This document shows, piece by piece, positions 9,686-19,982 of a stretch of DNA of 64,000 nt. A program made the position numbers and the translations under genes. The stretch lies in the IMG/VR virus record IMGVR_UViG_3300048854_000081, positions 128,001 to 192,000 of that record. One strand, 5' to 3'. The DNA comes from a virus. Lineage: Duplodnaviria > Caudoviricetes. Each line of letters starts with the position of its first letter. The stretch's first letter is position 1. Under the pieces are notes generated by a model. It did not search any database. It had not been told where the DNA came from and saw only the letters and a program-made list of their open reading frames with translations.

Positions 9686-9966
9686 TCGTCGTCGCTCTGC
9701 ATCAATTTGTCATCAAGGACATTCTTCATGTGGGCACGTTCAAATACCTTATAAAGGTAGGCTTCAATAACCTGCTCATCATTAATACCCGGATAACCCT
9801 TGGAGCGAAGTTCCTTGATGAAGGATTTGTTCCAATCCATTTCAACTTTGACGCCTGTATCAGCAGCCTCGATCAGTTCCAGATTGAAGAATGGTTCTTC
9901 TGAATTCTGAATCTTCTCGCGCTTTCTATAATTGAAAAAATCTCTAATTGTTTTAATCATTTGCAT
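9682..9966 (-). CDS. Hypothetical protein
   Basis: 94-aa ORF tightly packed in the replication operon. Confidence 0.6.
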   Translation of the reverse strand: MQMIKTIRDFFNYRKREKIQNSEEPFFNLELIEAADTGVKVEMDWNKSFIKELRSKGYPGINDEQVIEAYLYKVFERAHMKNVLDDKLMQSDDE

Positions 9967-9969
9967 TCC

Positions 9970-10707
9970 TTATGCTTCTGGTAGCACGTAGATGTGGAAG
10001 CCGTTTACATTGACCTTCATTACACCGCGCTTAGATATATTTACATTCAATTCTCCGTTCTCGTCCATGGCAGCGCGGAACAAAGGAAGGACGTACTTAA
10101 TTTCATACTCGTGGAAGAAGTTAGTCTTGTCAGCTTCATCATCAGTTTCGAACGTTTCTGAAATCAAATGGTCGAACATATCGCCATTTACGTCAGAGGT
10201 TCTAAACTTAACCGAACCATCCTTTTCCGAAGAGAAGGAAATCTTGGTGGTATCAATCGCGGTGGCAGCTTTTGCCATGATCTTCAAGGTATCCTCAGCA
10301 ACGGAGAATCCGTAAAAGAATGGGTCAGTGAATCGACGTGGAGCCTTGATCTTCATCACATCTTGGCATGAAAAGTCCACCTTGGTTCTCTTAGAGGACA
10401 ATACAAGCTTTCTGACGAAGATATCGCCGTTATCACGTTCCTTACCTTCATAACCAATCTCTAAAGCATCCTGATCCAGAATAGCGATACGGTTACCCAA
10501 TACCTTAATTCTAGGAATACCAATGGTGCTAAACCCGAAATTGGTAGGGATATTCTCAGTTTCTAACATGAAAATACCCTTGGAGTTATCCGTGGATTGA
10601 CCACGGATAACTTCTGGTTCAATAGCGACATCTTCAATGCCACAAATACTACAAGTCTTGATTAGCTTCTGAATGAACTTCAGGCTATCTTTGGATAATT
10701 TTTCCAT
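9970..10707 (-). CDS. Probable DNA polymerase sliding clamp (gp45-like)
   Basis: 245 aa, two-domain alpha/beta pattern, directly downstream of the polymerase; no diagnostic motif, so inferred from size and context. Confidence 0.45.
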   Translation of the reverse strand: MEKLSKDSLKFIQKLIKTCSICGIEDVAIEPEVIRGQSTDNSKGIFMLETENIPTNFGFSTIGIPRIKVLGNRIAILDQDALEIGYEGKERDNGDIFVRKLVLSSKRTKVDFSCQDVMKIKAPRRFTDPFFYGFSVAEDTLKIMAKAATAIDTTKISFSSEKDGSVKFRTSDVNGDMFDHLISETFETDDEADKTNFFHEYEIKYVLPLFRAAMDENGELNVNISKRGVMKVNVNGFHIYVLPEA

Positions 10708-10741
10708 TCAACAAATCTCTTTCTAATAGTCTATCATTTAC

Positions 10742-13339
10742 TCAATATTCAAACAAGTCATCTACCATGACTGTTTTCTTCGTTGGAGCATATTCACCGA
10801 TGGCGGTTAGGATTGACTGAAGTGGATTATCTACCAATCGTGTCAACTGTGCCTTACGATCAATCAATGGTGCAAAATGTTCCATAAACCATGGCGGTGG
10901 TGCCTTCATGTCGGTTGGAATAGCAATACTCTTAAACTTATCGAACTTCTTAGTTAGATAATACTTCTTGATCTTCATTCCTGACACGATTTTTGGTGAC
11001 TCCTTGTCTCCGTACACTTCCAGACACTTATTGTAGAATATCGCTGCCATAACGTGACCCGGTACACGTAGACCCGGTTCATTGCGGTTGTAACGATGAG
11101 TGTAATCCTCTACACCCTTAATACCACCCGGCAGACCGATATTGACCAGTTGTTCATTGATAAGGAAATCCTTATACGTCACAACCTTCTTCGCAATCGT
11201 CCTCCACTGTTCACCCTTCAAGAAAGATTCAAGATAGTCAGTCAATGTCTTACTAATTGCCTTCGGAATCGTGGTTTTCTTAATCTGAAGACCCATCACC
11301 TTCATCTTTTCCGATGGTGAACCATCAGCATACAGAAGATGCATGATGTAGAACTTCTTCTTTACGAAAATACTGCGATCCGCAATGGTATCCAATTCCG
11401 CCTTGATAAGGTCAGTGAATTCACCAATACAAAAGAATTTCTCTTTCGTGAAAATTTCGAATGAATTGTTTACCTTTTTCTCGATCAGCTTAGCCACTCT
11501 CACCGCATCTTCCAAATTATCCACAGGTGCTATTGCATAGCACGAGTCAGTATCCGAATAGATACATGATGGGGATGGGTACGTGTACTCACCGTCCAAA
11601 TGTAAGGCAACTGTCTTGACCATGTGCATCAGCGCTTCACGTCCGCTTCGGGTAGTCGATTCTGCCATTCTGATATCATAGAACTTGAAGAATTTATTAC
11701 CTAGGCAACCGTAAGTCGAGTTAAGCAGAAGCTTCATGATGAACTGCTTTCTGTTATAGAAGGCAGCTTCTTGATCATACTTCAGATATTCATCCGAACC
11801 CTTAGGATACTTTTTCATATTATCCTTGGCTTCTTTCATTTTGGCTTTGAATATCTTACGGCCTCTGTACCACTCTTCAAGGATCGACGGGATGAACCCC
11901 TTCATATCCTGTCGGAATACAGTTCCGTAGCCACTGACGCACATCTGGCGCGCTCTGAGCACATCAGGCCATTGATTGGCAGGATGCGTTTCACTGTCGC
12001 CATTATCCAGCAATAATGTAATGTTTTTGCTACTTCTATCGGTAATCTCTTCGAATGCTATAAAATCACTATGGAACTGACCGATGATCATTTCCGGACT
12101 GATATTTAACGTTCTGATTGCCGAAGGATATAGCGAGTTAACGTCAACCGAGAACACCCAATCATGCATACCGACGATTGGATCAAGAACCAAGGCACCC
12201 GCGAACTTATCGTTACTCATCGAGTAATCAGGGTCTTTGGAGTCTGGAACCTTGAAGTTTAATTCGTGGTGACATTTGTTAATGATTGCTGATTCTACAA
12301 TCTTTACTGTACCTAACACGTCGTTCATCAATGCTGTCGATGAATGATAGTTAAGAATAGCAATTTCCATGTAGCCTAGCTTTTCTTCGAAGCCCTTCAG
12401 AACTTCCGTATCTCTAACGTTGTATCGACAGAAGTGTGGGAAGTTATCGTAATACAAGCTGTACAAGCTACCATCATACTCTAACTTGGATAGTTCAGGC
12501 ATGATTTCCTCAGAAATTGCCTCCAAGCTGAACGATGGTCGAGTCGTTGTTTCGAACTTTCTAAAGATTTCCAGATAGTCGATATGAACACGACCGAAGA
12601 TGTCAACGTGTAACTGCTTCGAACCTACGAATACTTCAACTTCCTTAGTCTTCGGCTTTGGTGCGTTATGGAACGATAGACGGTTAGCCATGGCTTCACC
12701 GTAACGATCCAACATTCTCATGTAAAGATATGGTACGTCGAAGCCCGCACTGTTCCAACCGCTTATGATGTCGGAGTTTTCTATTTCATCTAGGAAACGG
12801 AGTAATAACTCCTTTTCTGTCTTACATACCGTAATATCTGACATGTCATGTAGGTCAGCCGGAATATCCTTGGCAGTCCACTTACCATTATCAGGTAGAA
12901 CTACTAGGAGCACCATTCTATCGGTATGATGATGGTAGATCGATATTGCGCTTACGGCTGCATACGGGTTTTCTGGTGAACTGAAACCACGTTTTGGATC
13001 ATAGTCTACTTCGATGTCGAATAGGCTAAAGTTTAGTCGGCCTACATCCTTACCATAGTAGTTTTCGGAAAGAACCTTGTAGATCGGGTTAATGTCCGAT
13101 TCGTAAAGTTTGATTCCTCGTTCTTTGTAATCTTTCTTGGTGTTGAAGAATTCGAATGCATTATTAAACTGAACTTTACTCAGCTTTTCACCGTGAATAT
13201 CTTGGTATTCACCTTTCTTATTTTTAATGTAGAACTCATAAGGTGCATCGTACCTTTTGGTCACTACTTTATTCTTATCACGTTCCCAAACATTTACATG
13301 CTTGCGATCCTCGGATAAGGCCGCTGAAATGTAAGTCAT
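10742..13339 (-). CDS. gp43: Family B DNA polymerase
   Basis: Exonuclease motifs FDIEVD, GWNSAGFDVPY, YNVRD; polymerase motifs DVNSLYPS, KLLLNSTYG, YSDTDS. Confidence 0.97.
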   Translation of the reverse strand: MTYISAALSEDRKHVNVWERDKNKVVTKRYDAPYEFYIKNKKGEYQDIHGEKLSKVQFNNAFEFFNTKKDYKERGIKLYESDINPIYKVLSENYYGKDVGRLNFSLFDIEVDYDPKRGFSSPENPYAAVSAISIYHHHTDRMVLLVVLPDNGKWTAKDIPADLHDMSDITVCKTEKELLLRFLDEIENSDIISGWNSAGFDVPYLYMRMLDRYGEAMANRLSFHNAPKPKTKEVEVFVGSKQLHVDIFGRVHIDYLEIFRKFETTTRPSFSLEAISEEIMPELSKLEYDGSLYSLYYDNFPHFCRYNVRDTEVLKGFEEKLGYMEIAILNYHSSTALMNDVLGTVKIVESAIINKCHHELNFKVPDSKDPDYSMSNDKFAGALVLDPIVGMHDWVFSVDVNSLYPSAIRTLNISPEMIIGQFHSDFIAFEEITDRSSKNITLLLDNGDSETHPANQWPDVLRARQMCVSGYGTVFRQDMKGFIPSILEEWYRGRKIFKAKMKEAKDNMKKYPKGSDEYLKYDQEAAFYNRKQFIMKLLLNSTYGCLGNKFFKFYDIRMAESTTRSGREALMHMVKTVALHLDGEYTYPSPSCIYSDTDSCYAIAPVDNLEDAVRVAKLIEKKVNNSFEIFTKEKFFCIGEFTDLIKAELDTIADRSIFVKKKFYIMHLLYADGSPSEKMKVMGLQIKKTTIPKAISKTLTDYLESFLKGEQWRTIAKKVVTYKDFLINEQLVNIGLPGGIKGVEDYTHRYNRNEPGLRVPGHVMAAIFYNKCLEVYGDKESPKIVSGMKIKKYYLTKKFDKFKSIAIPTDMKAPPPWFMEHFAPLIDRKAQLTRLVDNPLQSILTAIGEYAPTKKTVMVDDLFEY

Positions 13340-13352
13340 CAATTACCTCAAT

Positions 13353-13378
13353 AAAAAAGCGAGGGTTTCCCCTCGCTT
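13353..13378 (-). terminator. Intrinsic terminator
   Basis: GC-rich stem GCGAGGG/CCCTCGC followed by a T6 run on the minus strand. Confidence 0.7.
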
Positions 13379-13406
13379 AGTATGCTACCATTTAACCCTG
13401 ATTCAG

Positions 13407-13724
13407 TCAATCTTCTTCGGATTCATCATCTGAGTCAGTTGCACCAGCACCCATGATACCTTCGTAAATCAATTCGATGGCAGAATGCTCTTCGCTAATG
13501 TCGTCGAAGTTATGTTCGAAAACGATCTTAGCAATCTTAGGAATTAGCTTCTTAGGCATCTGATAGTCGTTACTTAGAACTTCTACATAGCTCTTAAGGT
13601 CTTCACGGCGATCCTTGATCGTTTGCGTGATGCCAGCCATTTCATAAAAAATGTCTCTGATCTTCTTACGATCAGCAGGGTTGGAAGGAAGGGTAAAACT
13701 TGAAGCGTCTGTATCTTTTGCCAT
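13407..13724 (-). CDS. T4 DsbA-like dsDNA-binding protein
   Basis: ~105-aa helical protein (KKIRDIFYEM...DLKSYVEVLSNDYQMPKKLIPKIAKIVF) with an acidic tail; the likely start is ATG 13724. Confidence 0.55.
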   Translation of the reverse strand: MAKDTDASSFTLPSNPADRKKIRDIFYEMAGITQTIKDRREDLKSYVEVLSNDYQMPKKLIPKIAKIVFEHNFDDISEEHSAIELIYEGIMGAGATDSDDESEED

Positions 13725-13749
13725 TTGTATTATGTCCTGAATTATTAAA

Positions 13750-14370
13750 TTAAAACCATGTTCTGTAATCACCGGGATATTGATTTTTATCATATACAAA
13801 TGGTGTCTGTGCAGTGATATGAATGCGAATTACATTCATATTACCCATAGCGACATCCGTGTATGTATTGATAAAGTAATCATTCGATGGGAACATCAAC
13901 ATTGTTCCAGCTTTAGGTATTATTGTCAACTGATGATTAAGAAATTCGACCTTACCACCAAACGATTCCATAAGAGTATCACGAATGGAACTATTCTTAG
14001 AAGAACCCAAGAAGATGAGTACCGTGAAATCAAAATCCTTGGATTTCACCCACTTGCCATCAAAGTAGGAGGCGTTGTCTGGACGCGGCGGCTCAGACTT
14101 ATAGCCTTCGGCAAGCCATTCAAACTTGAAAGGTGAAATGTTTAGAGTGGAGAAGCCGTAGTACTGTTCTGCAACATCTAGTAAAGCATCAAGCTTTTCC
14201 GTCAGACGAATCTCGGCGAGTTGGTTGGTTTTGATTGTTCGAATGGGAGTATTCTTCATATCTCTATTTGGGAGAGTATGCTTCAGACTAAGTACGATAT
14301 CCTCGCACTGTTCGAACGGAATGAAATCTTCCTGAAGAATAAAGGGAGATTTAGACGGTCTTTGATTCAT
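13750..14370 (-). CDS. 2OG-Fe(II) oxygenase (prolyl 4-hydroxylase-like) fold protein, apparently degenerate
   Basis: DFTVLIFL...FGGKVEF...IIPKAGTMLMFPS pattern; the His ligands appear to be absent. Confidence 0.6.
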   Translation of the reverse strand: MNQRPSKSPFILQEDFIPFEQCEDIVLSLKHTLPNRDMKNTPIRTIKTNQLAEIRLTEKLDALLDVAEQYYGFSTLNISPFKFEWLAEGYKSEPPRPDNASYFDGKWVKSKDFDFTVLIFLGSSKNSSIRDTLMESFGGKVEFLNHQLTIIPKAGTMLMFPSNDYFINTYTDVAMGNMNVIRIHITAQTPFVYDKNQYPGDYRTWF

Positions 14371-14818
14371 TTATTAATGTTTCCTTCAATTGTATCGATG
14401 GCTTACCTTCCTGCTTTTCAGAAAGTAATTTCAATACGAAGTTAACATTATAGGCAGCTTTCTCTAAAATGTCAATGTTTAACGTAACGTGTGCTTCGTT
14501 ATCCATTTCACATAGGTTAGACATGATAGTTCTACCAAATAGGGTGATCTTACCCGAACCGCATAGGTTTCTCATAGCTTCATAGGATTCAACATATAAA
14601 ATGTTTTCATCACCAAGCGATGCTTCTAGTATAGGAGCATCGCTAAAGTCGAGAACCTTAACCTTAAGGTTCTCTTCTACTGTATCTCCCATAGGCTCAG
14701 TCGATTTGATTTCAGGTTGATCCAATGGAATTTTCTTAAAATCAATATCGTATTGCTCGATAATCATTTTGTTATCGAGCACATATCTAAGCATATCTTC
14801 GAAGCTAGGAAATACCAT
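14351..14818 (-). CDS. Hypothetical protein
   Basis: 155-aa ORF coupled to its neighbours. Confidence 0.6.
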   Translation of the reverse strand: MVFPSFEDMLRYVLDNKMIIEQYDIDFKKIPLDQPEIKSTEPMGDTVEENLKVKVLDFSDAPILEASLGDENILYVESYEAMRNLCGSGKITLFGRTIMSNLCEMDNEAHVTLNIDILEKAAYNVNFVLKLLSEKQEGKPSIQLKETLINESKTV

Positions 14819-16371
14819 TACTGGTTACCACCCGGAACTTGTGGTGTGGTGTTCTGTGGTGTTGCAGGCTGGTTACCATTTTGTGGTACCTGCTGTTGCT
14901 GGGTCTGTTGTGCTTGCTGCGGATTAGCCTTCTGAGCATTAGCTTCATCTTGAGTGTACTGGCTATCTAGCTGTACAGACTTGATTCTAGCATTCAGTTC
15001 ATCCATTTCATAACGAAGCTTCTGCTTCTTATAGTTCTGAGTGATCTGGTCGTCAGTAGGAAGAATCTTATACTTATCCTGCAACTGAAGCTTTTCCTTC
15101 TGTAACTGCTGGACATTATCAAACTGATCTTCCTTAAGGATATTGATCGCATCCATTAAAAAGCTCTTCGATTCATTCTGAGAACCACGAGATTGCTGGA
15201 CATTGTATCTTGCGATATCAGCGTACTTCTTAGCATCCTTTTCCTTCTTTTTCTGTGCCGAAACCTGCGCTTCCACGCGGGCTAGCTCTTCCTGACGACG
15301 AACTTCCTTATCGGCAGCAATGGCAGACCATTCAGCCTGCTTAGCACGCGATTCTTCAGCGGCAGCATCAGCCTTAGCTTCTTCAGCATTAGCCTGAGCC
15401 TTAAGCATAGAAACGATTTGGTTAAGAATTGAAGTCTCATCTTGTGGAGCTTCTTCATCACCAAAATCTTCAACATTACCGTCTTCAGTGGATTCATCAG
15501 GTGGAAGACCATCTGTACCCATACCACCGGTACCATCATCCGCACCAATGTCACCAGCATTCATATCCTGACCGGTACCATCATCAGCACCAGCACCTAA
15601 CTGGTCATCTGCGGTACCCTGCGGCTGTGCTTGGTTGGTTGGACCACCTAGGGAAGCATCGCCACCTAGACTTGGGTCACCACCCATACCATCGTCCATT
15701 CCACCACCATCCATAGCACCGAAATCATCTGGTGTACTACCCATGGTGGATTGGTCACCTGTAAATTCTTCAGGAGACTTGGATGCCATATCAGCATTAT
15801 ACACAACATCGGTAGGAATAATAGGGAAGTCAACAGTAACGATTTCAAACTTATCTCTTAGATTGAAAAGAATTTCAGCTAGAGAGTTGCCTTTGATTTC
15901 AATACCGGAACTTTTGTTAGACTTAGCATCAGCCAATTGGCGAGCTAGGGTTTCTTCAAATTCTTTAGCCTGATCACCACGAACGGTGATACGCATTACG
16001 TTACCCTTGTCATCTTCGACGCCGTAGGATACTACACCAACATCGTCGGCAGCAGTCTCAACTTCGGAACCCTTTAGACGGGAAACGATATCGTTCATAT
16101 CAAAATCTTCATTCACCTTACGGCGAAGAACGAAATCCTTAAATGATCTTTTCTTGGTCTGCTTCTTCTTAGCTTCCTTAGCCTTAGCAATCTGCTCGCG
16201 CATCTTGGCATACTTTTCATTATCGGAAACTTCTTTCTTACGAGTATCTTTCCAGTCATTTTCGGAACGACGGTGTTCGCTTCTGGAATCACCAGAAGGG
16301 TTGGCTGCAATGGAACCTGCGCCAGTCGAACCACCAGCAGCGGTTTCTTGTAAAAATGTCTTAAAACTCAT
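14818..16371 (-). CDS. Low-complexity acidic/coiled-coil protein, probable internal head protein
   Basis: Starts MSFKTFLQE; D/G-rich centre, Q-rich tail; AATAAATA at 16397-16404. Confidence 0.5.
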   Translation of the reverse strand: MSFKTFLQETAAGGSTGAGSIAANPSGDSRSEHRRSENDWKDTRKKEVSDNEKYAKMREQIAKAKEAKKKQTKKRSFKDFVLRRKVNEDFDMNDIVSRLKGSEVETAADDVGVVSYGVEDDKGNVMRITVRGDQAKEFEETLARQLADAKSNKSSGIEIKGNSLAEILFNLRDKFEIVTVDFPIIPTDVVYNADMASKSPEEFTGDQSTMGSTPDDFGAMDGGGMDDGMGGDPSLGGDASLGGPTNQAQPQGTADDQLGAGADDGTGQDMNAGDIGADDGTGGMGTDGLPPDESTEDGNVEDFGDEEAPQDETSILNQIVSMLKAQANAEEAKADAAAEESRAKQAEWSAIAADKEVRRQEELARVEAQVSAQKKKEKDAKKYADIARYNVQQSRGSQNESKSFLMDAINILKEDQFDNVQQLQKEKLQLQDKYKILPTDDQITQNYKKQKLRYEMDELNARIKSVQLDSQYTQDEANAQKANPQQAQQTQQQQVPQNGNQPATPQNTTPQVPGGNQ

Positions 16372-16410
16372 TACGTTATTCCATATTAGTTCATTATATT
16401 TATTGACAAA

Positions 16411-16923
16411 TTACTTAAAGAGCGTTTTTTCAGTAGCTATTCTAAAGGTAACACCATTTTTCTTGCACCATGCTTCGGCAGCTTGCCACTTCGCCATGTT
16501 GACTGTGTATACGTAATTTTCTTGTATCTTCGTCGTAGCTTTGCGCGCTTTAGATGGTCTGGTCTGCTTATCTGGTTTGATTTCAATCAATTCTTTACGT
16601 TCGTTACCATTTTTGTCAATATATTCAACGTACAAGTCAGGGAAGTATTTTGCTCGTTTAACAGTAGCCTTACCTTTTATAATGGTAGGCTTCATGTAAT
16701 CAATACCAAATGGTTCAGAAGCCCACCCTATAATGTAAGGATTGGTGTCTAGAAACTTGAATGCTCTCTGCTCCCATGATGATCTAAAGATAATGTTAGT
16801 AGCATCACCCAAATAGCGGTGAGGATCAGTAGGGGTAAACATACCCTGACGATAGTTACCTGCTGTTTTTCTAGGCTTTTTAACCTTTGCAAATTTTCTA
16901 GGAGCTTTATCAGAAGTTTCCAA
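16411..16923 (-). CDS. gp4: Head completion protein (TnsA-like nuclease fold)
   Basis: FRSSWE, WASEP, YFPD, IEIKP, VNMAKWQAA. Confidence 0.88.
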   Translation of the reverse strand: METSDKAPRKFAKVKKPRKTAGNYRQGMFTPTDPHRYLGDATNIIFRSSWEQRAFKFLDTNPYIIGWASEPFGIDYMKPTIIKGKATVKRAKYFPDLYVEYIDKNGNERKELIEIKPDKQTRPSKARKATTKIQENYVYTVNMAKWQAAEAWCKKNGVTFRIATEKTLFK

Positions 16924-17878
16924 AATTATTACCTACGTTTAGACCACCAATACCACCGTTCAACCCGTTACCCACAAAATTACTGTTATCATCAAATGAA
17001 TTTACAATACCCTTGACGATAGGCACGCTACCCGTACCATTAGAACTTTCGGTACTGGTGTTAGGATTTGGGGATGATTCATCACTATAGGAAATGTTTA
17101 CGCTGTCATAGACGAAAACAATTTCTACATTAGTAGTATCAGATTGAGTCATATCCAATTCATCCAAGTTAACGTTGATGATCTTAGGATTTAGATATTC
17201 GTAATACACCTGTTTAGGAGTGGTTACGTCAGATAATGAGTTATCCAGCATGTGATGTGTGACTTTCATGGATTGGAATGGACCCATCTTATGTGCTAAA
17301 GCACCAATCGTCTTATTGTTAGCAGAGAACACATCAAGGTTGTCTGCATTAAGAGCGGTCTGTGTTGAGATTGGGCTGATTGAATTAATGTATCTTGAAA
17401 CTAAACTATGAGCATTATTGACCACATCATCATAAAAAGTTAAGGTAACCGTACCATAGTCCATTTTTATAGCGACCTTGGTTCGCATACCATAGAAATT
17501 CATATCCTGATAAACGACTGTTGGGGAAGGACGGGTTGCTCTCTTCAAAGCAAAACGTAGAGAATCCATGTCATCAGCACCCGTTTCCTTAAGATTAAGG
17601 ACAGAGGTTCGTGGGGTGAAGGATACCGTAAATAGGAATTTTAGCTTAGGTTGTTCATAGGTTGCAAATGCATCCGGAATATCCGATGATAATGCTGAGA
17701 AGTCAGAAGAGCCATCAGCCGAAGAGCTAGCCACAGAATTCTTAAGTAAACGATGGGGTACGTATTCATTAGCCGCTTCAGGCGATGAAGATGACGTATT
17801 AGCCGTAACTATGTTGGCATCTAGTGTAACTGCCTGTTGAGGGTCTAGTGAATTGGCTGGATTAAATATTTGAGGCAT
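16910..17878 (-). CDS. Tail tube-like baseplate protein (gp54/gp19-like)
   Basis: PKLKFLFTVSF, RATRPS, YGTVTLTFYDD, ELDMTQSD...FVYD; paralogous pattern to the gp19 gene. Confidence 0.65.
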   Translation of the reverse strand: MPQIFNPANSLDPQQAVTLDANIVTANTSSSSPEAANEYVPHRLLKNSVASSSADGSSDFSALSSDIPDAFATYEQPKLKFLFTVSFTPRTSVLNLKETGADDMDSLRFALKRATRPSPTVVYQDMNFYGMRTKVAIKMDYGTVTLTFYDDVVNNAHSLVSRYINSISPISTQTALNADNLDVFSANNKTIGALAHKMGPFQSMKVTHHMLDNSLSDVTTPKQVYYEYLNPKIINVNLDELDMTQSDTTNVEIVFVYDSVNISYSDESSPNPNTSTESSNGTGSVPIVKGIVNSFDDNSNFVGNGLNGGIGGLNVGNNFGNF

Positions 17879-18422
17879 TTATGGTTCTCGATACCGCCTG
17901 AGCGATTTGTTTACAATTTCTAATGAGTGCTGCTGAATAGTTGGTCGAAAGATACTTACCATTCTTAAGATCGTTAACTATATTGTCTACTATGTTATAA
18001 AAGGTAGTCTGTAAGGATGATGGAGCTATGTTGATAATCTGTAACATATTAAGGTTACCAACGACTATCATTCTACCTTCAGCCAATGTAACAGTCTTAA
18101 AATTTACATCTGCACCGTATATAATGTTATTGTTAAAAATATCACCCGACAATTGAGTGCCATTAACTACATTTCTATTTATTAGGGCCAAAGAGTCCAA
18201 TCCCTTCGAAATGGTTCCATTACCATAATCAGTTAGAATACTATTGAGTAGATCGTTAGGTATCTGATTGACTAACTGTTTAGGGTTTGCCGCAGCAATA
18301 CTTCCATTGGCATTCACAAAGTTGTTGCCAATGAATTGGGAAATATTCGTTCCAGCACTTCTTTTAAAGAAATTGGTGGATATCTGCCCTAAGGAATATT
18401 TTGGAATTAGCACTGATGGCAT
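17862..18422 (-). CDS. Hypothetical late protein
   Basis: N/I-rich ORF preceded by TATAAATA. Confidence 0.55.
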   Translation of the reverse strand: MPSVLIPKYSLGQISTNFFKRSAGTNISQFIGNNFVNANGSIAAANPKQLVNQIPNDLLNSILTDYGNGTISKGLDSLALINRNVVNGTQLSGDIFNNNIIYGADVNFKTVTLAEGRMIVVGNLNMLQIINIAPSSLQTTFYNIVDNIVNDLKNGKYLSTNYSAALIRNCKQIAQAVSRTINASNI

Positions 18423-18443
18423 TGTTATAACTCTCTATTCCAT

Positions 18444-18451
18444 TATTTATA
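18444..18451 (-). promoter_or_regulatory. T4-type late promoter TATAAATA
   Basis: Exact T4 late consensus, 21 nt upstream of the ATG at 18422. Confidence 0.7.
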
Positions 18452-18454
18452 AAA

Positions 18455-18482
18455 AATAAAGCCGCCCTTGGGCGGCTTTATT
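18455..18482 (-). terminator. Intrinsic terminator after the tail tube gene
   Basis: AATAAAGCCGCCC-TT-GGGCGGCTTTATT with a T-rich tail. Confidence 0.8.
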
Positions 18483-18504
18483 ATTGATCCTAAAGAGAAG
18501 ACTC

Positions 18505-19089
18505 TTAGAATGCACCTTGACCCGGATGAGCCTTGTAGACGATGCCGGTAAGCTTCTGTCTTGCATGGTCATAGCTGACGGTTAGGTTGATCTTGATAGC
18601 TTCGGATGCTGCATAGTCAAGGTCAGTGTAGTCGATATTTTCGATCCAGCAACCTTCAATTGACCACGATTCAAAAACGGTATCCTGACCGTCTAGGATG
18701 TCGATACGTGTAGCAAACTTATACAATTCACCAGCGGCACTTGCAGGTAGCAATGCACTAGGGAACTGACCGATAATGTTCTGCTGCTTCTCAAGCTGAT
18801 TCTTAAGAGCGGCGGCAACTAGACCACCGGTATCATCTTCGAAGACCATATTCATAGGATCGAAGCTGTGCTTACCAGCGATGTAGACACGAGAGTTATA
18901 ACGGTCTAACGTAATCTTTTCAAAGTTCATCTTAGGGCGTTCTGCGGTGATAGCCTGAACGGTCAAGAAATCACCGTCCGCGCTAGAAGCACCTAAACCA
19001 ACGAAGGTCAAACGCCATCTATTCTTCAATTTAGGCTGATAGATACCAAGATTACCGGTATCATTACCCACGTCACTTAAAACTGCCAT
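18505..19089 (-). CDS. gp19: Tail tube protein
   Basis: PKLKNRWRLTF, RYNSRVYIAGKHSFDP, WSIEGCW, LDYAASE, VSYDHA; has its own late promoter and terminator. Confidence 0.85.
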   Translation of the reverse strand: MAVLSDVGNDTGNLGIYQPKLKNRWRLTFVGLGASSADGDFLTVQAITAERPKMNFEKITLDRYNSRVYIAGKHSFDPMNMVFEDDTGGLVAAALKNQLEKQQNIIGQFPSALLPASAAGELYKFATRIDILDGQDTVFESWSIEGCWIENIDYTDLDYAASEAIKINLTVSYDHARQKLTGIVYKAHPGQGAF

Positions 19090-19116
19090 CAAAATTCTCC
19101 AAAAGTAATTTCATAT

Positions 19117-19191
19117 TATTTATCAATCACAGAAAAATTCCCAAGTAAAACAATAGCAATTCGGACAAATAGTAGACGGGAACGATAAATA
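19117..19191. promoter_or_regulatory. Divergent late promoters GATAAATA (19117-19124 minus; 19184-19191 plus)
   Basis: Identical octamers pointing toward each flanking gene. Confidence 0.65.
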
Positions 19192-19216
19192 ATTGTAACT
19201 AATTTCATGGAACCAT

Positions 19217-19954
19217 ATGCGCTCGTTTAAACAATACATCTTGAATGAATACCTAAACGTAAAGCCTGTTGAAAACGAGGCAATGCTCGTTTTACAGAAA
19301 ATTATTGATATGGTAGATGACGGTCATGTTGACTATGATTCTAAGCGAATCAAGATTAACGTTGGTACCCTAATTAAGAATAAGAAGTACAAGGGTCTTA
19401 ACATTTTTATCGTTAAGGGTTCTGGTGAGCCAAAGATCGGTCGTCATCAGGATGAAGAAAGCCATGCTATCTTCCTTTATGCTGACCGCATGCCAGCCAG
19501 AGAGAAAATCGATAATTTCCTAGCTGATCAGGAAAGAAGCACTGCCTTTAAATCCTTGTTTAAGAAATTCTTCAATGATGCCGTATTCGACGGTACAGAT
19601 GAGCAAGAAGGTTCTGCTTATGAACAGGGTGCTGCTCTTAATACCAGAACCAACTTTGAAAAGTCCTACGTTGAACTAGTTAGCAAGCTTAATGACGAAT
19701 CATCCAAGTATATGGATGCCAAGAAGGAAATGGAAAATCGTATCGAACGCTCCAATGACGATCTTGGTCATGGTGAAGTTCTAAAGCTTGGCCTAACTAA
19801 GCTTAAGAAGGAAATGGTTGGTAGCAACGTAAATGAATTCAAATCCAAAGCCATTGAACTATATGGTAAGGATAAGTACAAAATGTTGAATCCAGAGTTC
19901 AAAACTAAGCTCGACTCTCGACTAGAAGATTACTTCGAACATAAGTTCAAGTAA
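19217..19954 (+). CDS. Hypothetical late protein, possible internal head protein
   Basis: Starts MRSFKQYILNE; preceded by a late promoter. Confidence 0.55.
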   Translation: MRSFKQYILNEYLNVKPVENEAMLVLQKIIDMVDDGHVDYDSKRIKINVGTLIKNKKYKGLNIFIVKGSGEPKIGRHQDEESHAIFLYADRMPAREKIDNFLADQERSTAFKSLFKKFFNDAVFDGTDEQEGSAYEQGAALNTRTNFEKSYVELVSKLNDESSKYMDAKKEMENRIERSNDDLGHGEVLKLGLTKLKKEMVGSNVNEFKSKAIELYGKDKYKMLNPEFKTKLDSRLEDYFEHKFK

Positions 19955-19955
19955 G

Positions 19956-19982
19956 AAAAAGCCGCCAATTGGCGGCTTTTTT
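19956..19982. terminator. Bidirectional intrinsic terminator
   Basis: AAAAAGCCGCC-AATT-GGCGGCTTTTTT between convergent genes. Confidence 0.85.

Noticed and set aside
10742-13339. Intein or intron in the DNA polymerase
   Set aside because: Length and motif spacing are normal and the ORF is continuous.
16411-16923. TnsA-like nuclease as a sign of a Tn7-like transposon
   Set aside because: The motifs and context match T4 gp4, and no other transposition genes or ends are present.
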